Source: Bdellovibrionales bacterium
Lineage (GTDB): Bacteria > Bdellovibrionota > Bdellovibrionia > Bdellovibrionales > UBA1609
Length of the DNA stretch: 64,000 bases
Direction: 5' to 3'
Assembly (NCBI GenBank): GCA_023301025.1
Contig: JALZUR010000022.1
Span: 32,724-96,723 of the forward strand
Positions 28,467 to 36,757 of the stretch are shown here, in pieces (the first letter of the stretch is position 1; each line of letters opens with the position of its first letter). The notes under the pieces are model-generated. The model was not told the origin of the DNA. It did no database searches and was given only the letters and a program-made list of their open reading frames with translations. The translations under genes and the position numbers were made by a program.

Positions 28467-30002
28467 TTATTTTTTCATCCATGATTTTTTATTTTGCTTA
28501 GCATCAAAGAGCTTTTCTTTAACGGATGAGGCTTGAAACCTATACGAGGTTCTTGCAAAAATATTGTCTTGAGAGTTTGGCGAAATGCCAGCCGCTGCTA
28601 AACGTTTTGCTAAAAGTTTAAAATTTCTTGCCCGTTCACTTGCGTTAGCCTTAGCTTTTGAAGAGCTACCAAAGTTAAATTTTCTAGGTTTGTATTTGCT
28701 ACCTTTTGCTCTAGAACCCGAAGTTGCGCTTGATTTCCCGTAACCACTTATTAAGCCACCATCAGCTTTTGCAACCCCTCTTCTTCTAGCAGCTTTTTGT
28801 TGATTACCATTTGAACCACCACCAGCACCCGCAGAAGCGGCTCCCCCACCACCAAAGCCACCACCTTGACCTTGATTCTCTTGTTGAGCATCAGCGGTAT
28901 TTTGATCGTTGAGATTTTCTGGGAGTGGAGGTTCGTCAACATCATCTGAAATCGAACCAATTGCATTGATCTGAGAATCACTAACCTTTTGTATACCGCC
29001 ACCACCACTTAAATCGGCATTAGCAATATCACTGTTTGAGCTTATAGACGTTGGATTGATTTTTTCATCACTTGCAAAAGCCTCCATACAGCTTTGCATG
29101 GAACTTATAGACTGTGTAATTTCATTCAATGAGCCTGCTGCCTGAGCCTGACCTTTACTTGTGTCTTTAACACATGTTTGCAAGCCTAACTGAACATTAC
29201 CTCTCTTAGATAACAGTAAATTTGAAAGATTAGCTCGTTGTAGTTCATCCTCTACATTACTTAGAGTTTGAACTCTGTCACTCATACTTTTCACCAACTC
29301 GCCAACTAACTCACAAGTTCTTTTGCATCCCATCTTAGGTGCAGAGCCTGCTCTTAAAAAACCACAAATAAGATTTTTGGAAGTTACAGACTTATAAGCT
29401 CCAAAAGCTGAAGAGGCAGCAGCTGTACAAGATGCAATTCCACTTAAAAGATCACCACCACCAAATGCTCCTACTGCAAGTCCTCCAAAAATAGTAATTG
29501 GCGTACCAAACTTATCCATTATTGATGGATCACCAGTTTTTTCAGCACACTGCTCTGGACCAGAACAGCATGTAGAAGCCTCACGTCCATACTCTTCACA
29601 AAGGTTTATATAACCTATCAACTCTCTGTAAGTTCTATCAGAAGCTTCCTCTAGAGTTTGAATACTTCCAATCTCAGTTTTAAATTTATTAATATTACTT
29701 TCTGTTTGCGATGTTATTTCTAACTTGTCTGTACGTGATTCAAAAATCTTTTTAGCAATTACACTTGCAGATTGAACAGCTTCACTTTTTCCATCTTCAA
29801 CAGCACCACTAATATTAGCAGGCGTATTTCTGTGTGCATTTTCAAGACTACCCACATTAGATGGCTGTGCATCAGGAACAGTAACAGTGCCACCACCACC
29901 TGTAGTCTCACCATCAGCTTGTGCAAAACTTTTTGGATTTGAAACAAACAACAGTAAGGTGACCGATAAGAAAAATGACATATAACTCGATATAAACTTC
30001 AT
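28467..30002 (-). CDS. secreted Cys- and Gly-rich protein, unknown function
   Basis: Signal peptide (…LLLFVSNPKSFAQA). About 14 Cys. A GQGGGFGGGGAASAGAGGGSNGN tract and a basic tail. C-terminal QDNIFARTSYRFQ. Confidence 0.5.
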   Translation of the reverse strand: MKFISSYMSFFLSVTLLLFVSNPKSFAQADGETTGGGGTVTVPDAQPSNVGSLENAHRNTPANISGAVEDGKSEAVQSASVIAKKIFESRTDKLEITSQTESNINKFKTEIGSIQTLEEASDRTYRELIGYINLCEEYGREASTCCSGPEQCAEKTGDPSIMDKFGTPITIFGGLAVGAFGGGDLLSGIASCTAAASSAFGAYKSVTSKNLICGFLRAGSAPKMGCKRTCELVGELVKSMSDRVQTLSNVEDELQRANLSNLLLSKRGNVQLGLQTCVKDTSKGQAQAAGSLNEITQSISSMQSCMEAFASDEKINPTSISSNSDIANADLSGGGGIQKVSDSQINAIGSISDDVDEPPLPENLNDQNTADAQQENQGQGGGFGGGGAASAGAGGGSNGNQQKAARRRGVAKADGGLISGYGKSSATSGSRAKGSKYKPRKFNFGSSSKAKANASERARNFKLLAKRLAAAGISPNSQDNIFARTSYRFQASSVKEKLFDAKQNKKSWMKK

Positions 30003-30008
30003 AGTTTT

Positions 30009-30016
30009 TTATCGGT
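30009..30016 (-). promoter_or_regulatory. sigma-28 (FliA)-like -10 box ACCGATAA, 6 nt upstream of the ATG at 30002
   Basis: Minus strand reads …CCTAAGGCTAGAGAGCTTAAAAACCGATAAAAAACTATG. No SD is present. The geometry matches the cpaF start. Confidence 0.3.
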
Positions 30017-30067
30017 TTTTAAGCTCTCTAGCCTTAGGTGGGTGTAGAGCCTAGCTTAAGTTTTTTC

Positions 30068-30107
30068 TCAAAAAGAGCAAAAGTCTAGTTTTAGACAACA
30101 CTTTTGC
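30068..30107 (-). terminator. putative intra-cluster terminator/attenuator after lipoprotein gene
   Basis: Minus strand reads GCAAAA-gtgtt-GTCTA-aaac-TAGAC-TTTTGC followed by TCTTTTT. Confidence 0.45.
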
Positions 30108-30128
30108 AACAGTCTATAAAAATCTTAA

Positions 30129-30989
30129 TCAGCTGCAAAAGTCTTTAAACTTTTTTTCTAAAGCATTAGTGATCTTATTTGGTTGCACTTGATAAGAGGT
30201 GACACAAGACTCAATTTTAATTCTTTTGTTTTGGTTGTTAAAAACCTCTGCATTTTTAGAGCCTGTCCACAAAAACTGATCTCCAGTCGGAGCGTAAATA
30301 AACTCACCTTCTAATTCACTCTCAAGCTTGCTGTCTTTTACTGGGTTGTTTTCTGGTATAGAAACTTTTCCTTTGTATGTAACATGCAGACAACTTGATC
30401 CACCACAGTTGTACCAATCTTTAAACTCTACATCTAAGTCTAACATAAAAGGCCAACCGGTCTTAAGACTTCTCCACTGCTTTGAATACGTCCAAGTGTC
30501 TCCGGCTTTTATAGGAGTTTTTGGAAGGGGTATTCTTGGCAAATAAAAGACAGTTTCAGTGGGCATATTTTTTACAGCAACTACTTCACCATTTTTATTA
30601 ACAACAGATAACAGCATTCCGTCTTTAGGAGGAAAACCCATGGCTGTAAGATCCACTTTGCCTTTTAAATCTGTCACCCAAGTTTTGTACTGAAGTCTTT
30701 GATCCGTATCTACATCTAAAGTCGTACGATTTAAACTAAATGTGGCCTCTTCTAGTTTGTCTTCAATAAGCTTTTCTTCAATAGCCTTTTTATCATTAGC
30801 TTGACGTTCAAAAATGTTCACTCGAGATTTTGTGTAAAAAAGCTCTTTATTATAATTGCCTTGAAGGCCTGTAACTTCAATTTTTGTAGCTTCTTTGTTT
30901 GATACTTTTTTCAAAGGAAGACTTGAAGCGCAACCTGCAAAAAGTAAAACTAAAAAACTAAAATTTATTAATCTATAAAAATGCATCAA
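30129..30989 (-). CDS. lipoprotein, unknown function
   Basis: Lipobox LLFAGCASS. 4-nt ATGA overlap with the upstream gene. Confidence 0.55.
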   Translation of the reverse strand: MMHFYRLINFSFLVLLFAGCASSLPLKKVSNKEATKIEVTGLQGNYNKELFYTKSRVNIFERQANDKKAIEEKLIEDKLEEATFSLNRTTLDVDTDQRLQYKTWVTDLKGKVDLTAMGFPPKDGMLLSVVNKNGEVVAVKNMPTETVFYLPRIPLPKTPIKAGDTWTYSKQWRSLKTGWPFMLDLDVEFKDWYNCGGSSCLHVTYKGKVSIPENNPVKDSKLESELEGEFIYAPTGDQFLWTGSKNAEVFNNQNKRIKIESCVTSYQVQPNKITNALEKKFKDFCS

Positions 30990-31939
30990 TGACTCCCTTC
31001 TTGAATAACCTCTTCACTTTGTAAATTCTCTCCTACACGATATCTGTCTACTAAAGATTCATCAAATGTCGGAAAAGAAAAAAGTAAAACATTACTCTCA
31101 GACACAGTATCTTCTACTGTGACCACCACATAGTATAAAATCTCAGTTTCAATATCATTTGTGTATTCAAACTCTTTAACAAAATGAACTAAGTGATTGC
31201 CATAAGAGTCCATTGTTCGCCAAATCTCATCGGCCTCTTCAATTGCAGGCTCTCTCATATCAGAAAAATCTTGAAAGTCTGTTTCTAAAAGATCATCACC
31301 GTTTCTTAGTGTCATCATAGCCTTGTAAAGACCAACTGCTAACTCATCACCTTCAACTAAAGAATCACCGTCTAAAGCTCCATAAGGCACAGAAGCTGAG
31401 CCTGATGCGCCACGACTAAACTCTTTAAAGAGTGAAAAATTTTTGAACTCGTCGTTAGAGGGCTTAATTGTAGATTCCGAGGGAGCCTTATCTTGGCTTT
31501 TCTTTTTAGCCTTGGTTGGTGGCTCTTCTGTAGATGTTTTTTTAGAAGCAGGCTCTAGTTCATCTTCATTTTCGCTAAAATTAAAATTATTTTTAACAGA
31601 AGCATAATAGTAAATAAATGTAGGTTCTTTTTTGTAGCAATGGCAAAAGACAAGTTCTTTTTTATCTCCATGATCTTTAATAAAAAGCCATAAAGACCTA
31701 TCATCTTTAAAAAAAGCATTGTCCACCCATATCTGATCTGGGCGCTCTAATGTAAACTCCAGGGTGCTTGAAGCCTCTTCACTTAAAGCGTTTTTTTGAA
31801 CCTCTTTAAATGAAGATTCAACTTTAGTAATGTCGCTTTGAAAGAAATCAAAAAGCTCGTCCTCATTATCAAAAAACCAGCCCCTATCAGGATCAATACT
31901 CAATCTGTCTTCTACTTCTACATCACTCAAACTTACCAC
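30986..31939 (-). CDS. acidic cytoplasmic protein, unknown function
   Basis: 317 aa with no signal peptide and many D/E residues. A central Lys/Ser/Pro linker separates two possibly related halves. GTG start with a weak AAAGG SD. Confidence 0.45.
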   Translation of the reverse strand: MVSLSDVEVEDRLSIDPDRGWFFDNEDELFDFFQSDITKVESSFKEVQKNALSEEASSTLEFTLERPDQIWVDNAFFKDDRSLWLFIKDHGDKKELVFCHCYKKEPTFIYYYASVKNNFNFSENEDELEPASKKTSTEEPPTKAKKKSQDKAPSESTIKPSNDEFKNFSLFKEFSRGASGSASVPYGALDGDSLVEGDELAVGLYKAMMTLRNGDDLLETDFQDFSDMREPAIEEADEIWRTMDSYGNHLVHFVKEFEYTNDIETEILYYVVVTVEDTVSESNVLLFSFPTFDESLVDRYRVGENLQSEEVIQEGSH

Positions 31940-31963
31940 CTAGACCTTTAATCTATATTTTTC

Positions 31964-32374
31964 TTGATTGTTTCAAGAATATCAAATGAAATAAGTCTAA
32001 GGGCAATATTTCTGCCATTATGTGTTCACTTTGACAAGGATGTTAAGGTTTTGAAAGAAGAAAACGTTCGAAATGATGATCTAGTGGCTGTTGAGGATCT
32101 TCTATCTCAATCTCTAAAAGGCTTTCACTTTGCTTTTGATAGAGCAGATATTAAACTTGCGATGGGTTCTCCCCTAAATGGAGTTCTAGACTTTTCAAAA
32201 GAAGACAATGCAAAGGTTCAACAGATCTTTTTTGAATTTGTTAAAAGAAAAGGCATTCAAGCTAAAAAAGACTTTTTAAATGTCTTGCCTGTTATAGACA
32301 GAGAGCTTGTTATAAAAACCTATTTTAACATCTTAGAGAACACAGTTAAAAAATGTGGAAAATCGATACATTAA
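31964..32374 (+). CDS. hypothetical protein (start uncertain)
   Basis: 136-aa ORF from a TTG only 24 bp from the divergent gene. A real product, if any, probably starts further in, for example at the TTG near 32053 after AAGG. Confidence 0.3.
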   Translation: MIVSRISNEISLRAIFLPLCVHFDKDVKVLKEENVRNDDLVAVEDLLSQSLKGFHFAFDRADIKLAMGSPLNGVLDFSKEDNAKVQQIFFEFVKRKGIQAKKDFLNVLPVIDRELVIKTYFNILENTVKKCGKSIH

Positions 32375-32411
32375 GCTAGAAGCTTACGAGTGTATTAAGC
32401 TTAAATTTAGC

Positions 32412-32720
32412 CTAATTTTTTAAAATGCCTTTTACTTCTTTTAAGATAAAGCCTATCTGGCGCTGCTTTTGTAAACAAAGGCCCAATTGATCTTGAGCCT
32501 TTCTTAAAGACTCAGACAACCTAAGCTGCTCATGATTTATTGAAGGATCGATTAAATCAGTTTTTTTTGAGTAGTCATCAGTTTCAAGTGGTGAGTTTTG
32601 GCTATTTTTAGGGTTTATATCCAAATCATAGACTGAAGCTCTTTTAAGCTTTAAAACTTCAATATTTTTGTTTTTGTAATCCATACTTAACCTCTTGAAT
32701 TTATGTCGATATGCTAACAC
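32412..32720 (-). CDS. hypothetical small protein
   Basis: 102-aa ORF downstream of the matrixin-like gene on the same strand. Likely start at MDYKNKN. No recognisable motifs. Confidence 0.35.
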   Translation of the reverse strand: MLAYRHKFKRLSMDYKNKNIEVLKLKRASVYDLDINPKNSQNSPLETDDYSKKTDLIDPSINHEQLRLSESLRKAQDQLGLCLQKQRQIGFILKEVKGILKN

Positions 32721-32765
32721 TGGATTTATTTTTTTTTGAAATGAAATCTTCTTAAAAGCCCAAAG

Positions 32766-33578
32766 TTATAATTTTTTCGCTTTTGAAACTTCAGCGGCAG
32801 AAGAAACAAGGTCTTCTGTGTTTAAAGTAGCCTCTTCTTGCTCAACTCTTAATTGTCTCAAAATTTCAGTATTTTGCTTGTACTCTCTATGAGTATCAGC
32901 CTGACGTTTTTCTAAAAGAGCTAAAAAGTTATTTTGATCTAATACAGACTCACCATACTCACAACCTATAGACTCTAAATCTGCAAGGTGATCAACATGA
33001 CGCCTTTCATTGCCCTTACTAAGAGAAGCAAACATAACACTGTCTCTTTCAGGATTATGCTCTAAACCAATAGCATGACCCATCTCATGAACCATTAAAG
33101 AGACCAAATCTACTTTAAAAGAGTCTGTGTCTTCATTTAAATAGCTAAAGTTAAAGTTTTTAGCGTTTATCCAAATATCTGCATCTTTTAGTTTTTCACC
33201 TTTCCAAACCACTACAGTTCTACCTTGCTCAGAGGTTTTGTGCTCTTCCCAAGTTTTTCTCCAGTAGATTGTAGCCTTTCCATCCGCATAACCAGATGAA
33301 GGAGTTCCTTCAGCGTTAAAACTTTCAAATTCAATAATGTTTTTACTAGCAATTGTATTCCACTGCTCAGCAGCTTTTTTAATAGAATCAAGTGCTTCTC
33401 TAGGAACATCTTTATGCACATTAAACTTAAGTGGAAGAGAAGACTGCCAAGAAACACGCTGTTTGTTGCTGTTTTGCACAAAATTACAGCTCTCTTGGGG
33501 TACTGGTTTAACCAGACTACAATTTACGGCCACAAAACTAATAGCTAATAAAAATAAAGACTTTTTAAACACATTCAT
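32766..33578 (-). CDS. matrixin-like (M10 metzincin) zinc metalloprotease lipoprotein
   Basis: Lipobox VAVNCS. Zinc site HEMGHAIGLEH (HExxHxxGxxH) followed by a Met-turn candidate DSVMFAS. Confidence 0.8.
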   Translation of the reverse strand: MNVFKKSLFLLAISFVAVNCSLVKPVPQESCNFVQNSNKQRVSWQSSLPLKFNVHKDVPREALDSIKKAAEQWNTIASKNIIEFESFNAEGTPSSGYADGKATIYWRKTWEEHKTSEQGRTVVVWKGEKLKDADIWINAKNFNFSYLNEDTDSFKVDLVSLMVHEMGHAIGLEHNPERDSVMFASLSKGNERRHVDHLADLESIGCEYGESVLDQNNFLALLEKRQADTHREYKQNTEILRQLRVEQEEATLNTEDLVSSAAEVSKAKKL

Positions 33579-33781
33579 ACAACTATATAAGCAAAAAAAG
33601 TGCCAATATTTAGCCTCAAAAGCCTGCCTTAAAACCTCTTAAAATCGATATAAGCTACCAGAATATTAAAGTCCCAAGCTGGTGCGTAAAGAGATTAAAC
33701 AAGAGTCAGATTTTACCACACTGTGAGTAATCTTAGAGGCAATATTCAGTTAGTTTATTATATCATGGGGGAGTTGTAATT

Positions 33782-36757
33782 ATGTGGTTCAGAAAAAAAG
33801 TAGAAATTGATACATCCAAAAATCTAAACACGTTTGAATTAGGTGAAAAGGTCTTAGAGCTTAACTCTGGTGGTAGTGGTAAGAGCATCTTAAATAAAGA
33901 CTGGTGGTACTCAAAAGTTATGGACTGGTCCATGAAAAGCACAGAATTTAAGACAAAGATGTTTAGGTTTGTTGATGTTTTTCCTTATCTTAATTCTGGC
34001 GAGGATTTATTAAACCACGTTGATGAGTACTTTCAAAATGACAAAGGAGAGCTTCCATCACTCTTTCACTTTGGTTCAACTGTAGGTCAACTTGCACCAA
34101 ACTTTGTTTCTAAGTCTGTTGAAAAAAATATTAAAGATATGGCTAGGCTTTTTATTACTGGAGATAGTCCTGAGGATGCTTTAAAAAAGCTTGAAGAGTC
34201 TAGAAAAAAAGATGTGGGCTTCACAGTAGATCTATTAGGGGAGCTTACTCTTTCTGAAAAAGAGGCTGAGGACTACAAAAAAAGATACATAGAACTATTA
34301 GAACGCTTAAGCTCAGAGTCTAAAAAGTGGGATAAAAAACCACTCATCGATACAAATCATTTAGGCGAAATTCCTAAAGTAAATCTATCTGTAAAAATGT
34401 CCTCTCTGTACTCAAAGATTAAAATTGAAGCTTGGGAAGAAACAAAGAAAACTTTAGTAGAAAGACTCACTCCTATTTTTAAAAGAGGCATGGAACTTAA
34501 TGCTTTTATAAATATTGATATGGAGCATTACCACTACAAAGACCTAACATTAGAAGTCTTTGAAGAACTCATTTTAAAAGAAGAGTTTAAAGACTACCCG
34601 CACTGGGGGTTAGTCATTCAAGCCTACTTAAAAGACTCTTATAAAGACTGCGAAAAACTTATTCACTTAGCACAAAAACGAGCTACACCTTTTACCGTGA
34701 GACTTGTTAAAGGCGCTTACTGGGACTTTGAAGTTATTGAAGCTGGTCAAAAAAATTGGCCTATTCCGGTTTACACTACAAAAGAAAATTCGGACTACAA
34801 TTTTGAAAAGTGTGCAAAACTACTGCTTACTCACTATAAGGATTTGTCAGTAGCTTTAGGCTCGCACAACTTACGCTCATTATGTGAATCTATCGTATAC
34901 GCAAAAAATAATAATATTCCAAAAGAGTCTTTTGAAATTCAAATGCTTTATGGGATGGCTGATAACTTTAAAAAAAGCTTTACAGATTTAGGCTACAGAG
35001 TTCGTGAGTATGCAACTATTGGTGACCTTGTTCCTGGTATGGCCTACCTTGTTAGACGCCTTTTAGAAAACAGCTCCAACCAGTCGTTTTTACAAAACAA
35101 GTTAAAAGACAATATTAAAAATATTTTAGCAGCCCCAAAGTTTAATACTGAATCCAACTCGAAAAAACAAAACTCGACTTTTGTAAACTCTTCGATGTTA
35201 GACTTCACTCTAAAAAACAATAGAATACAATTTGAAAGTGCATTAAATGAATGGAAAGAGTTTTTTAAAACACCGCAAAAAGTTTTACCTATTATTGATG
35301 GTCACGAGGTTACAAGCTCAGAAAAGATAAAACGCTTTAATCCAAACAATTCAGATCAAGTTTTATACGAAATAAGCTCCTCTAGTAGTGATGATGTAGA
35401 ACGAGCCCTTACTTCGGCAAGTGATGCACATAGCGCTTGGTCAAAAAAATCTATTGAAGACAGAGCATCAATTATTGAAAAAGCAGCCGAGCTAATAGAA
35501 GGTGACAGGTTTAAACTATCAGCCTTGCAAAGCATTGAAGTTGGAAAACCATGGGCTGAGGCAGATGGTGATATTACAGAGGCCATAGATTTTTGCAGGT
35601 TTTATGCAAAAGAAATGAGGTCTTTAAAAAAGCCTAAAAAAATTGGTAATGCTCCAGGTGAAGAAAGCTTTTATCACTACAGATCAAAAGGCGTAGTGAC
35701 AGTCATTGCACCTTGGAATTTTCCACTTGCCATTCTTTGCGGAATGACAGTTTCTGCACTTGTTACAGGAAACACTGTAATTATGAAACCGGCAGAACAG
35801 AGTAGTTTTACAGCTTTGGAGCTTTTTAAAATTCTTTTAGAAGCAGGGGTTCCAAACCAAAGCTGTCAGTTTATCCCTGGAATTGGAGAGACTGTTGGAC
35901 GTCAGTTAACTAAATCTAAAAAAACATCTATCATAAGTTTTACTGGATCAAAAGATGTAGGCTTAGAAATTATAAAATCAGCGGCTGTTGTTGAAGAAGG
36001 GCAGAGTCATGTTAAAAAAGCCATTGTTGAAATGGGTGGAAAAAACCCTTTAATCATTGATTCAGATGCAGATTTAGACCAAGCCGTCTCTGGTGTACTT
36101 TACTCAGCTTTTGCCTTCTCTGGCCAAAAATGCTCTGCACTATCAAGGGTTTTAGTTTTAGAAAATATTTATGACCGTTTCTGTGATCGATTAAAAGAAG
36201 CTGTTAAAGGCTTACATGTCGGAGAGGCTACATCCCCTAAAGTTGATCTTGGCCCTGTTGTAGACAAAGACTCTTTTGAGCGAATCAACAAAATTATTAA
36301 AACTAATAAAGAACTGTATGAATGTGTTCAACCAAATGTTACAGGCCTTGAAAAAGATAAGGGCTATTTTGTAGCACCACATGTGTTTTTTGATGTTGAT
36401 CCTTACTCACCTCTTGCTACACAAGAAATTTTTGGACCAGTTCTTAGTGTGATTAAAATTCAAAATCTTGATCAAGCTATAAAAATTGCCAATGATTCAC
36501 AGTATGCACTTACTGCAGGAATATACTCAAGACTTCCATCACACATACAAAGAATTCGTGAAGAGCTAGAGTGTGGTAATCTATATATTAATAGAAGCAT
36601 TACTGGAGCCATGGTAGATAGACACCCATTTGGAGGTTACAAACTTTCTGGCCTTGGTAGCAAAACTGGCGGACCTGATTACCTAAAAGCTTTTATGGAG
36701 CCTAGAGTAATCACTGAAAACCTTGTCAGACAGGGATTTTCTCCAGATATTCTTTAA
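33782..36757 (+). CDS. putA: bifunctional proline dehydrogenase / L-glutamate-gamma-semialdehyde dehydrogenase PutA (no RHH domain)
   Basis: PRODH barrel motifs (VRLVKGAYWD, MLYGM, AYLVRRLLENSSNQSF). ALDH motifs (VEMGGKNP, FSGQKCSA, EIFGPV). SD GGGGGAG. Confidence 0.9.
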   Translation: MWFRKKVEIDTSKNLNTFELGEKVLELNSGGSGKSILNKDWWYSKVMDWSMKSTEFKTKMFRFVDVFPYLNSGEDLLNHVDEYFQNDKGELPSLFHFGSTVGQLAPNFVSKSVEKNIKDMARLFITGDSPEDALKKLEESRKKDVGFTVDLLGELTLSEKEAEDYKKRYIELLERLSSESKKWDKKPLIDTNHLGEIPKVNLSVKMSSLYSKIKIEAWEETKKTLVERLTPIFKRGMELNAFINIDMEHYHYKDLTLEVFEELILKEEFKDYPHWGLVIQAYLKDSYKDCEKLIHLAQKRATPFTVRLVKGAYWDFEVIEAGQKNWPIPVYTTKENSDYNFEKCAKLLLTHYKDLSVALGSHNLRSLCESIVYAKNNNIPKESFEIQMLYGMADNFKKSFTDLGYRVREYATIGDLVPGMAYLVRRLLENSSNQSFLQNKLKDNIKNILAAPKFNTESNSKKQNSTFVNSSMLDFTLKNNRIQFESALNEWKEFFKTPQKVLPIIDGHEVTSSEKIKRFNPNNSDQVLYEISSSSSDDVERALTSASDAHSAWSKKSIEDRASIIEKAAELIEGDRFKLSALQSIEVGKPWAEADGDITEAIDFCRFYAKEMRSLKKPKKIGNAPGEESFYHYRSKGVVTVIAPWNFPLAILCGMTVSALVTGNTVIMKPAEQSSFTALELFKILLEAGVPNQSCQFIPGIGETVGRQLTKSKKTSIISFTGSKDVGLEIIKSAAVVEEGQSHVKKAIVEMGGKNPLIIDSDADLDQAVSGVLYSAFAFSGQKCSALSRVLVLENIYDRFCDRLKEAVKGLHVGEATSPKVDLGPVVDKDSFERINKIIKTNKELYECVQPNVTGLEKDKGYFVAPHVFFDVDPYSPLATQEIFGPVLSVIKIQNLDQAIKIANDSQYALTAGIYSRLPSHIQRIREELECGNLYINRSITGAMVDRHPFGGYKLSGLGSKTGGPDYLKAFMEPRVITENLVRQGFSPDIL

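Noticed and set aside
28751-29947. Same-strand alternative-frame ORFs 28751-29008 and 29759-29947
   Set aside because: They are embedded in the 511-aa gene. Their translations are repetitive V/L/M strings produced by the Gly/Ala-rich coding repeat in another frame.
31940-32060. Divergent promoter region implied by the ORF starts at 31939(-) and 31964(+)
   Set aside because: Only 24 bp separate the two called starts, which is too short for two promoters and SDs. I treat the plus-strand TTG start as an artefact of ORF extension and keep that ORF at low confidence.
33212-33642. ORFs 33212-33481(-) and 33337-33642(+)
   Set aside because: They overlap the matrixin-like gene, whose HExxHxxGxxH site fixes the true frame.
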